From NCBI GenBank assembly GCA_903848655.1, contig CAINGT010000076.1, positions 12,426 to 76,425 of the forward strand: a DNA stretch of 64,000 nt, given 5' to 3'. Within the stretch, counting starts at the first letter, position 1; each line of letters begins with the position of its first letter. The notes under the pieces are model-generated. The model was not told where the DNA came from and made no database searches. It worked only from the letters and a program-made list of their open reading frames with translations. This DNA comes from an uncultured Sphingomonadales bacterium. Lineage in GTDB: Bacteria > Pseudomonadota > Alphaproteobacteria > Sphingomonadales > Sphingomonadaceae. A program made the position numbers and the translations under genes. Below are positions 1 to 8,700 of this stretch, one piece after another.

Positions 1-586
1 GCCGCCGCTTTTCGCCCATGAACGCGCCCAGCAGCCACAGCCGGGGATTGCGCCGGATCAGATCATCCGCTTCGCCATGCGCGCCGTGCTGGTCGGGATC
101 GGCGGGGCCTGCCACCAGCACTTCGGGGATGACCAGCCCCGCCAGCCGGGCCAAGACAATCGCATGACGGCCACGCCGGTCTTCGACCAGCGCAAAACCG
201 CCCGGCAAAATCGTGTGCAGCACGAGCACACCGCCATCGGTGCAGCGCACCAGCGCGGGCACATCGTGCGGCTGCAACCGGTCGGGCGACACCGCCAGCC
301 AATGCGCCAACAGCCCGACACGCGCCAAAGCTTCGGGCGCAAACGCCGGTGCCATCGCGCCATCGACGGCGGACAGCGCACCGACCAGATCGGCGGCGCT
401 TGCGGTGCGCCCCAGCGCCGCACACAACGCCGCCAGCCCGGCTGCCATGGTAAATGGCTCAAGCGGTCCGGCCATCGCCGCCGGTTCGGCTGGATCACCC
501 GCAAGCAACCGGTCACCGCCCGCGCGCAGCCAGCGGCCGATCAGCGTTTTTGCCCGTATGCGGGGATGGGATGGCGGTGTCTGCAT
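1..586 (-). CDS. Type I secretion ABC transporter permease/ATPase, N-terminal C39-like region (partial, runs off the window start)
   Basis: Hand translation of the minus strand from ATG at 586: MQTPPSHPRIRAK...MAAGLAALCAALGRTASAADLVGAL...APEALARVGLLAH...HDVPALVRCTDGGVLVL...RRNPRLWLLGAFMGEKRR. The frame is open to the edge, has a GAGG SD 8 nt upstream and an in-frame TAA at 614-616. It resembles the C39-like domain of HlyB/LapB-type exporters and neighbours hlyD. TM and ATPase domains lie outside the window. Confidence 0.72.
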   Translation of the reverse strand, partial: MQTPPSHPRIRAKTLIGRWLRAGGDRLLAGDPAEPAAMAGPLEPFTMAAGLAALCAALGRTASAADLVGALSAVDGAMAPAFAPEALARVGLLAHWLAVSPDRLQPHDVPALVRCTDGGVLVLHTILPGGFALVEDRRGRHAIVLARLAGLVIPEVLVAGPADPDQHGAHGEADDLIRRNPRLWLLGAFMGEKRR

Positions 587-594
587 CAATCGAG

Positions 595-609
595 CCTCGG
601 TTACCGAGG
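595..609. promoter_or_regulatory. Perfect inverted repeat CCTCGG-TTA-CCGAGG overlapping the SD of the ABC gene
   Basis: Seen directly. Function (operator or SD-sequestering hairpin) is inferred. Confidence 0.45.
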
Positions 610-765
610 ACGGTTAAGCATTGTTTGCGGTAATCTGGCGCTAAACCGGGCTAAGCGTTTGCCCATAGCGCGCGTCCAAGCAGTTGTGCACCACACGACC
701 CTAGTTTCCACCCGGTTCGGAGCCGGGGCCAATCGCGGCCCGCGCGTCTGTGGCCGAGGTATCGC

Positions 766-2172
766 ATGGTGTTCAATTTTGCCCGCGACCGCATCATTCG
801 CGCGATGGGCGGCGGCGGCCTGTTCGAGGACGTGTCCCCCGATGAAACGCAAGCGGCGTTCGCGGGCGCGCGTCCATTGGCGCATCAGCCGGTCGCCGGG
901 CTAACCCCGTGGAGCGCGCGCACCCGCACCGACCATCAGGGGCGAACTTTGCGTCTGCTGGCGCTGATGATCGGCGCGTTTCTGGTCTGGGCCAGCCTGT
1001 TCACGCTCGACAAAGTCACGCGCGGCAGCGGCCGGGTGCTGCCGGGGGTGCAAAACCAGATCGTGCAGCATCAGGAAGGCGGGATTATCCAGCAAATTCT
1101 GGTGCAAGAAGGCGCGCGCGTGCAGCAGGGCCAAGTCTTGATGCGCGTGGCGAATGTTACCACCGGCACCGAATTTGCCACCAGCCAGACCGATGTCTTG
1201 GCCAAACGCATTACGCTGGCGCGGCTCGATGCCGAAATTGCCGGGGCCGCTGCGTTCACTGTCCCGCCCGAACTTGCCAGCGCCGCGCCCGATATTGCGC
1301 GCGATGAAGAGGCGCTGTTCCGGTCCCGGCTGGCCCAGCGGCGGCAGGCTTCGGGCATTATCGGCGAACAGATGCGCCAGCATCAAGCCGAAGTCGCCTC
1401 GTTGCGCGCGCGGCTGATCAATCTGCGGACCGAAGAAAATCTGGGCCAGCAGCAATTGGCCAAGCTGGAACGCGCCTATCAGGAAGAGGCGATTTCCGAA
1501 CGCGAAGTGCTCGACAAACGCCAGGCGCTGGCCGCGTTGCGCACACGCATCGAGGATGTCGTCAACCAGATCCCGCAAAGCGCGGCGCAGATTTCCGAAG
1601 CGGGGGCACGACGCGGCGAAGTGTTCACGCGCGATATGGAAGATATCAAGGCCAAAGCCGCCATGGTGCGAATGGAACTGGCCAAAGCCGGCGAAACGCT
1701 CAACGCCGCGCGCGACAAGAACACGCGCGAAGAAATCCGCGCACCGCTTGGCGGCGTGGTCAACAAATTGTACCTGCAAACCATCGGCGGGGTGATCCGC
1801 CCGGGCGAACCGGTCGCGGAAATCGTGCCGGTGGACAAAGTGGTCACCATCGAAGTGCACATCGCCCCGCGTGATCGCGGCAATGTGTGGCCGGGACTGC
1901 CCGCGCGGGTCAAGATTTCGGCTTATGACTCGGCGGTTTATGGCGGGCTTGACGCCACCGTCAGCGATGTGTCCGCCGATGTCATCCAAGACCCGAAGGG
2001 CGACGCTTATTACCGCGTGCGGCTGCGCGCCGATACCCGCGATTTCGGCCCCAAGCGCCCGGTGATCCCCGGCATGACCGCCGAAGCCAATATCGTGTCG
2101 GGCAAACAGACCATCCTCGACTATATCCTTGGCCCACTGATCCGCATCCGCGACGCCGCCTTGCGCGAATGA
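766..2172 (+). CDS. HlyD-family type I secretion periplasmic adaptor (membrane fusion protein)
   Basis: Single TM near the N-terminus, then VTRGSGRVLP..QNQIVQHQEGGIIQQILVQEGARV, a long coiled coil, EIRAPLGGVVNKL...GGVIRPGEPVAEIVP, ARVKISAYD...YGGL, IPGMTAEANI..G..TILDYILGPL. GAGGT SD 5 nt before the ATG. Confidence 0.96.
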   Translation: MVFNFARDRIIRAMGGGGLFEDVSPDETQAAFAGARPLAHQPVAGLTPWSARTRTDHQGRTLRLLALMIGAFLVWASLFTLDKVTRGSGRVLPGVQNQIVQHQEGGIIQQILVQEGARVQQGQVLMRVANVTTGTEFATSQTDVLAKRITLARLDAEIAGAAAFTVPPELASAAPDIARDEEALFRSRLAQRRQASGIIGEQMRQHQAEVASLRARLINLRTEENLGQQQLAKLERAYQEEAISEREVLDKRQALAALRTRIEDVVNQIPQSAAQISEAGARRGEVFTRDMEDIKAKAAMVRMELAKAGETLNAARDKNTREEIRAPLGGVVNKLYLQTIGGVIRPGEPVAEIVPVDKVVTIEVHIAPRDRGNVWPGLPARVKISAYDSAVYGGLDATVSDVSADVIQDPKGDAYYRVRLRADTRDFGPKRPVIPGMTAEANIVSGKQTILDYILGPLIRIRDAALRE

Positions 2173-2184
2173 CGCTGCGGCGGG

Positions 2185-2215
2185 GCCAAGCCGCTGCATG
2201 GCCCGCAGGCTTGGC
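2185..2215 (+). terminator. GC-rich hairpin between hlyD and the SNF2 gene (GCCAAGCC...GGCTTGGC), no U-tract
   Basis: 8-bp perfect stem seen. Without a U-tract, terminator function is uncertain. Confidence 0.3.
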
Positions 2216-2247
2216 ATAGCGCGCCGGTTGGCATATCCGCTGGTGCG

Positions 2248-5200
2248 ATGATACGCGCGATTACCGACAAAATGATCCGCAAGCTGGTGCGAAGCGACTC
2301 GATGGCGCGCGCCGGGCTGTCGTATTTCCGCAACGGGCGGGTCAGCTTCGTTCAGATCGACATCGAAACCAAGACGGCCAGCGCGCGTGTGCGGGGCAGC
2401 GGCAGCAATCGCTATCACACCGCGGTCGATTTTGCGGATGATGAGCTGTTCCCTGCGACCGATACGGTGTGTTCGTGCCCGGTCGGTTATGGCTGCAAAC
2501 ATGTCGCAGCACTGCTCTATGCGCTCGAGCAAGAATTGCAGGAACCGCCCCGCCTAAAGATCGCTGCGGGGACAGAGGCAGCGGGCATCGTATCGCGTGA
2601 CGTTGGGGACTGGCTGGCGCGGGCGCGGCGCGAACGCCAGAATGCGCTGATCGAAACGCTGTCGGTGTGCTTCGTGATCGAGCCCAAACGCACGGTCAAA
2701 CCGCCGCCGCGTGCCAAAGCACAGGCCGCATCGCCCGGCCCTTGCGCGCCCGCGCGGTTTCTGATGCAAATTCGCGCGTTCTGGACCGCCGATAAGGCGC
2801 GGCAATGGCGGGTCTTGCAGTATTATGAATTGCAATCCCACCTGATACCGTTCGATCCGCTGGCCGCGCGGCTGGTGGCGCGGATGACACCGGCGGCGCA
2901 GGGCGGCGATTTCACGGCTGACAAGACGCCGGCTGGCCCATATGGCTGGCAGTGGCTCGGCGAAGCGGCTGCGGCGGGTCTGCTGCGCTGGAAACAGCAG
3001 CAAGGGCGGCAGGTCCGCGTGGCATCCGAAGTCCTGACGGCAACGCTCGAATGGCAGACCGGTGATGACGGGCACAGCTGGCTGGCGCTGACCGGATTGC
3101 CCGATCACCTGACGGTGTTTGCCCACGACCCGCCCGCTTGGTATGATGAAGACGCTGGCGTGATCGGGCAGATCGACACTGGCATCGCCCCTGATCTTGC
3201 TGCGCGGCTGCTGGCAATGCCGCCGATTGCGGCCATCGACATCCCGCAGATCGCCGACGACTGGACCGCGATCACCGGCAATGCCATTGCCCCGCCGACG
3301 CTTGGTGACATGGTTCGGATCGCGCAAGTTACGCCAAAACCGGTACTTCGGTTCATGATCGATCCGGTCGATGTACGCGAAGCGCACTATCGCTGGCAAC
3401 CTTCGGCGTGGAAGCCAAAGCCGCAGCGTATCGCCCATCTGGAATTCGATTATGCCGGGCACCGCATCGCGGCACCCGCGCCGCTTGGCAACATGATCGT
3501 CAACACCGATGGCGTGCGAGCGCGGATCGCGCGCGATCTGGCAGCAGAACAGGCTGCGGTTGACCGGCTGACGCATACCGCACTGATTCCGCTGGCCTTG
3601 GTCGATGGGATCCGGGTTAAGCCGAAGCAGGCGTGGGACCATGCACTGGCGGCGGATTCGGGCACGTATCCGCAGATGCTGGTCAATGAGATCAGCGTGC
3701 TGGCAGGCGAAGGCTGGCTGATCGAATATGCGCCCGACTGGCCGCATCGGCTGGAACCGCTCGACACGCCCCCGCCGGGGCTGGAAATCAATCCCGGCGC
3801 GGGCGATCCGGATGCGCTAGCACCGGATGGTATCGATTGGTTCGATGTCGAATTGCCCGCGCTGGTGGCGGGCCGCCGGGTCGATATCCTGCCCGCGTTG
3901 CGCCAAGTGCTGGCCAGCGAAGGGCAGGCCTTGCTTGATCGCGATGATGATTTTCAGGTCGCGCTGACGCTTGATGCGGGGCGGTGTACCGCGGTTGCGC
4001 TGGGCACCGTGCGCCCGCTGCTGATGGCGCTGCTGCGGCTGGCGCTGGCGGATCGCGCGGGCGGCACGCTGCGCGTCAATCGCTATGATCTGGGCACGGT
4101 GCACGATCTGGGCGGTGACGGGGTCGGCTGGACGAGCGCCGATGCGCTGCGGCGGCTGGCAGCGGCGCTGCACGATCCCGATCAGATGGATTATACGCCG
4201 CCCGCCGCGTTGATGGCAGATTTGCGCGGGTATCAGCGCACGGGCGCGGGCTGGCTGGGCGCGCTGCATGGTGCGGGGCTGGGCGGGATTCTCGCCGACG
4301 ATATGGGGCTGGGCAAGACTTTGCAGGCAATTGCGCATATCTTGTGGGTGCGCGCGGGCCAGACCGCGCCTGCGCGTCAGGCGGTGCTGGTGGTTGCGCC
4401 GACATCGGTACTGCCCAACTGGCAGGCCGAACTGGCGCGCTTTGCCCCCACGCTCGATTGTCTGCTGTGGCACGGGCTGGACCGCCGCGCGCAAGAAGGC
4501 GCGCTGGCGGGTGCCGATATCGTGCTGACGAGTTATCCGCTGCTGGCGCGGGACAAGGCGCTGTTGACGGCGGCGCACTATGATCTGGTGGTGCTCGATG
4601 AAGCGCATGTTTTGAAAAACCCCGCCACCGTCGGGTTCAAGGCGGCCGCCGCGCTCAAATCGCGCCAGACTATCGCACTGTCGGGCACGCCCATCGAAAA
4701 CCGGCTGAACGATATCTGGGCTTTGGCCAGCCTGACCAATCCCGGTCTGCTCGGCGGCTTCGACACGTTTCGCAAGACGTATCGCACCCCGATTGAAAAG
4801 CAGGGCGATCAGGCGGCGCGCACCGCATTGGCGCGGCGGTTGCGCCCGTTCATGCTGCGGCGGACCAAAGACCAGGTGGCGACCGAATTGCCGCCCAAGA
4901 CGCTGATCCCCGAACGGATCGATCTGACCGAAGCGCAAGCGCGGCTTTATGAAAGCCAGCGTTTGCTGATGAACCAGCGCGTGCGCGATGAAATCCGCCG
5001 CGTCGGGCTGTTGCGCTCGCAAATCATCGTGCTCGATGCGATGCTGAAACTGCGGCAGATTTGCTGTGATCCGACGCTGCTGCCCGGCGGGCAGGGCGAA
5101 GGCGTGGCTTCAGCCAAGCGCGCGCGGTTGCTGGAAATGGTGCCCGAACTGATCGGCGAAGGACGACGGGTGATCGTGTTCAGCCAGTTTACCGCAATGC

Positions 5201-5616
5201 TCGACCGGATTTCCGCCGATCTGGCCGGGGCGGGCATTGCGCACGAACACTTGCGCGGATCGACACGTGATCGCGCCGCGCCGGTCCGCCGGTTTCAGGC
5301 GGGCGAAGTGCCGGTGATCCTGGTCAGCCTGAAGGCGGGCGGCGCGGGGGTCAACCTGACCGCCGCCGACACCGTGATCCTGTACGACCCGTGGTGGAAC
5401 CCGGCGGTCGAAGCCCAAGCCATCGACCGCGCGCACCGCATCGGCCAGACCCGCCCGGTGTTCGTCCACCGCATGATCGCCACCGGTACGATTGAAGAAA
5501 AAATCCTGACGCTGCAAGACCGCAAGAAAGACCTTGCCGACATGCTGTGGAGCGAAACCGGCACTGTGGCCGGAGCGGGACTGGATGATGCGGATATCGC
5601 GTTTCTGCTGGGGTGA
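2248..5616 (+). CDS. SWIM zinc finger plus SNF2/Swi2-family helicase-like ATPase
   Basis: SWIM motif CSCPVGYGCKH; helicase motifs LADDMGLGKT, LDEAH, SGTPIENRL, LRRTK, FSQF, SLKAGGAGVNLTAAD, DPWWNPAVEAQAIDRAHRIGQ. Confidence 0.95.
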   Translation: MIRAITDKMIRKLVRSDSMARAGLSYFRNGRVSFVQIDIETKTASARVRGSGSNRYHTAVDFADDELFPATDTVCSCPVGYGCKHVAALLYALEQELQEPPRLKIAAGTEAAGIVSRDVGDWLARARRERQNALIETLSVCFVIEPKRTVKPPPRAKAQAASPGPCAPARFLMQIRAFWTADKARQWRVLQYYELQSHLIPFDPLAARLVARMTPAAQGGDFTADKTPAGPYGWQWLGEAAAAGLLRWKQQQGRQVRVASEVLTATLEWQTGDDGHSWLALTGLPDHLTVFAHDPPAWYDEDAGVIGQIDTGIAPDLAARLLAMPPIAAIDIPQIADDWTAITGNAIAPPTLGDMVRIAQVTPKPVLRFMIDPVDVREAHYRWQPSAWKPKPQRIAHLEFDYAGHRIAAPAPLGNMIVNTDGVRARIARDLAAEQAAVDRLTHTALIPLALVDGIRVKPKQAWDHALAADSGTYPQMLVNEISVLAGEGWLIEYAPDWPHRLEPLDTPPPGLEINPGAGDPDALAPDGIDWFDVELPALVAGRRVDILPALRQVLASEGQALLDRDDDFQVALTLDAGRCTAVALGTVRPLLMALLRLALADRAGGTLRVNRYDLGTVHDLGGDGVGWTSADALRRLAAALHDPDQMDYTPPAALMADLRGYQRTGAGWLGALHGAGLGGILADDMGLGKTLQAIAHILWVRAGQTAPARQAVLVVAPTSVLPNWQAELARFAPTLDCLLWHGLDRRAQEGALAGADIVLTSYPLLARDKALLTAAHYDLVVLDEAHVLKNPATVGFKAAAALKSRQTIALSGTPIENRLNDIWALASLTNPGLLGGFDTFRKTYRTPIEKQGDQAARTALARRLRPFMLRRTKDQVATELPPKTLIPERIDLTEAQARLYESQRLLMNQRVRDEIRRVGLLRSQIIVLDAMLKLRQICCDPTLLPGGQGEGVASAKRARLLEMVPELIGEGRRVIVFSQFTAMLDRISADLAGAGIAHEHLRGSTRDRAAPVRRFQAGEVPVILVSLKAGGAGVNLTAADTVILYDPWWNPAVEAQAIDRAHRIGQTRPVFVHRMIATGTIEEKILTLQDRKKDLADMLWSETGTVAGAGLDDADIAFLLG

Positions 5617-5651
5617 GGCGGTTGAGGCAGATGACTTCAGAAAAGATATTG

Positions 5652-5673
5652 TTTTATTGCGATAAAATGCGCG
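5652..5673. repeat. AT-rich palindrome TTTTAT-TGCG-ATAAAA; possible degenerate arm of the CIR-type element
   Basis: The palindrome is seen directly. TTGCGATAAAATGCGCG (5657-5673) matches TTGCAATAAATCACGCG (36565-36581) at 13/17 positions. Confidence 0.4.
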
Positions 5674-5712
5674 GATGTGTCGGTCAGCCGCGATGGTCTC
5701 ACCCAGACGAGA

Positions 5713-5775
5713 GGCCCCACCCCCAACCCGCGTTCAGAGGCAAGGGACTCTGAACGCCCCTGAAGGTGAGGGGGC
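5713..5775. repeat. REP-like element (GGCCCCACCCCCAACCC...CCCTGAAGGTGAGGGG) interrupted by a 10-bp hairpin GCGTTCAGAG-GCAAGGGA-CTCTGAACGC
   Basis: The flanks match the reverse complement of 46495-46542 (GGCCCCACCCCC...CCCCTGAAGGAGAGGGG). The internal perfect stem is at 5730-5739/5748-5757. It lies between convergent genes. Confidence 0.65.
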
Positions 5776-5787
5776 TATTCTTTCCCC

Positions 5788-8700
5788 TTACGCCACGGTT
5801 AGTTTGGCGATTTGGGTGGTGAGGGTGGCGTCGCTGTAGAACACATAGTCGGCGCCGGGGTGGGTGTAGAAGCTGCCACCGGCGACCGAGATCGTGTCAT
5901 CGCCGTTGAAATTGACGGTGAGCGCCGAGGCGTTGCCCGCGCCGACGATGGACTGGATGAACGATGAACTGATCGTCAGGTTGGCGGCGGTGGCGGTGGC
6001 GGTGAAGTCGATATCTTCGACATGGGTCAAGACCCCGGTCAATTGCGCCTGGGTTACAGTGCCGCTGGCGGTGGCGAGCTTGACTGTGTCAAACCCTGCG
6101 CCGCCTTCGACGCTCCAGCCATTGCCGAGCGTGAGTGTGAACTGATCGGCATAGCCCGATCCGATCACCGCTTCGATGCCGGTCAGCACATCGCCCGATG
6201 CTTCGCCCAGCGTGCCGCTGCCCGTGCCCGCCCCGTTGAGCGTAAGCGCAATGGCCGAAGCCGCGCCTGAATAATCGATCGTATCGGCCCCTGTGCCGCC
6301 ATCCATCGTATCGGATCCCAGCCCGCCGATCAGCGTGTCATTGCCCGCGCCGCCCGCCAGCGAATCGGCGGTGGTGGTGCCGACCAGCTTGTCGGCAAAG
6401 GCCGAACCGTTGATCGCCTCGATCGTGGTCAAGACATCGCCCGCCGCGCTGCCACCCACGCCGACCGTGCCGTCAAGGTACACGGTAACGCCAGCGGTCG
6501 AATCCGAATAATCGGCGGTATCGGTGCCCGCGCCGCCATTGAGCGTATCGGCCCCCAGCCCGCCCTGAAACCAATCGTTGCCCGCGCCGCCGGTCAGGAC
6601 ATTGGCCGCGCTGCTGCCAGTAATGGTATCATTATACGCCGAACCGGTGATATTTTCGATATTTTGCAGCGTATCGCCGCTGGCATCGCCGAAATTGCCG
6701 GTACCGATGCCGCTGACCGGGCTGAGGTCGATGGAAACGCCCGCGCTGCTCGCGCTGTAATCGGCGGTATCGGTGCCGTTACCACCGTCGAGCGAATCAC
6801 CGCCAGCCCCCCCGATCAGCGTATCGTTGCCCACCCCGCCATAGATCGAATCCGCCCCCGCTCCACCGACAAGCGAGTCGTTGCCGGCATTGCCAGTGAG
6901 ATAGCAATTGGTCGCACCGCCAATGATCGTATCGTCGTAGGCGGACCCCTGAACACCGATGAAATTGCTGAGAATATCGCCCGCCGCATCGCCCACGGTG
7001 CCGGTTCCTGCCAGCAGCGAAACAGCGATGGCCGATCCAGCATTGGTATAAGACAGCGCGTTGCTGCCCACTCCGCCATCGAGACTGTCGGCACCCGCGC
7101 CGCCTTCGAGCGTGTCGTTGCCAGCGCCGCCGAGTAGCGTATCGTTGCCCGCGCCGCCCATCAGGCTGTCATCACCCGTCGAGCCGTCGATATAGTTGGC
7201 ATTGGCATCGCCGATCAGCGTGTCGTTAAAAGTGCCCCCTGACACATTCTGGATATTGATGAACACATCACCCGCCGCATCGCCGGCCGTGCCGGTGCCG
7301 GTGGCAAGGTTGACCGCGACACCGGTCAACGCATAGCCATAAACAGCTGTATTGATTCCTGCGCCGCCATCGAGTGTATCCGCCCCCGCCAGGCCCATGA
7401 GCGTGTCATTTCCTGCGCCGCCGGAAAGGTAGTTGTTGCCCGCAGTGCCGCCGATAAAGTCCGCATAATTTGAACCAATGGCGTTTTCGACATTGTAGAA
7501 GACGTCACCCGCTCCATCACCGCCCGCGTTGACCACTCTGTTATCGAGATAAATTTGCACCCCTGCCGAACTGCTCGAAAAATCGACCACATCGGTACCC
7601 GCCCCGCCGTCCATCGTATCGGCCCCCGCGCCGCCGATCAGCGTGTCATTGCCGTTGCCACCCTGGATCGAATCGTTGCCAGCGCCGCCGTTGACAAGGT
7701 CGTTGCCGTCGTTGGCAAAGATGAACTCACTCGCCGCCGTGCCAACGAACGTGTCATCGTATTTCGACAGATTGAAGTTCTCGAAATTGGTCACGACTTC
7801 GCCTGCCGCGCCGCCGGACGACAAACCGGGGGATGGCAGGTTGAGCCCGATCCCGCTGGTCGCAGCGGTAAAATCGAGCATATCGGTGCCAAGCCCGCCA
7901 TCGATCGTATCGGCGCCGAGGCTGGCGTAAATCGTGTCGTTGCCCACGCCAGCGGAAATTGAATCGGCATTGCCCGAACCATAGACCACGTCAGCAAACG
8001 ACGATCCGATGATCGCCTCGATATTGACGAGGACATCACCACTGGCATCGCTGGCGATGCCCGGTGTGCCGTCAAGATAGACGGTAACCCCGCCCGATGC
8101 CGAATAATCGACCGTATCGAACCCCGCGCCGCCATCGAGATAATCGGCCCCCGCGCCGCCCACCAGCGTGTCATTGCCCGCGCCGCCATAGAGCGAATCA
8201 TTGCCCGCTGTGCCGGTGAGGGAGTCGTTATAGGCTGATCCGGTCAGCCGTTCGACATTTGTCAGGACATCGCCCGCCGCATCACCGCCAACGCCAACAA
8301 TGCCGGTAAGATAAGCCTTAACCCCCGCCGCGCTGGCCGAATAGTCGACCATATCGGTGCCGGTGCCGCCGTCGATGGTATCGGCCCCCGCCACCGAGAC
8401 AAAATAATCGTTGCCCCCCTGGCCATAGAGCGTCGATCCGAACGTGGCCGCGCCGCGCAAAGTATCGTCATAAACCGAACCGAAGATCGTTTCGACATTG
8501 GTCAGCGTGTCGCCTGCGGCCCAGCCACCAATGCCCACGCTGCCATCGGTGCCGATATTGACCCCGGCGTTTGACGCGCCATAATTGACCAGATCGTTGC
8601 CTGCGCCGCCATCGACCTGATCGGCCCCCAGCCCGGTGTTGAACGAATCGTTTCCGGCATCGCCATAGAGCGTATCGTTGCCGATATTGCCAGTCAGGAC

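Noticed and set aside
614-628. CtrA-like site TTAA-N7-TTGC in the ABC/hlyD intergenic region
   Set aside because: Only one half-site matches, which is too weak to call.
58-904. Track ORFs 77-904(+), 213-617(+), 58-516(-), 63-425(-), 601-885(-)
   Set aside because: They overlap the better-supported minus-strand ABC transporter frame starting at 586, or hlyD, and have no protein-like motifs.
2248-5616. SNF2 gene as part of a known anti-phage system (DISARM/BREX/Zorya-like)
   Set aside because: No methylase, nuclease, PglZ or Zor partner is adjacent, and the SWIM-SNF2 architecture is the common stand-alone type.
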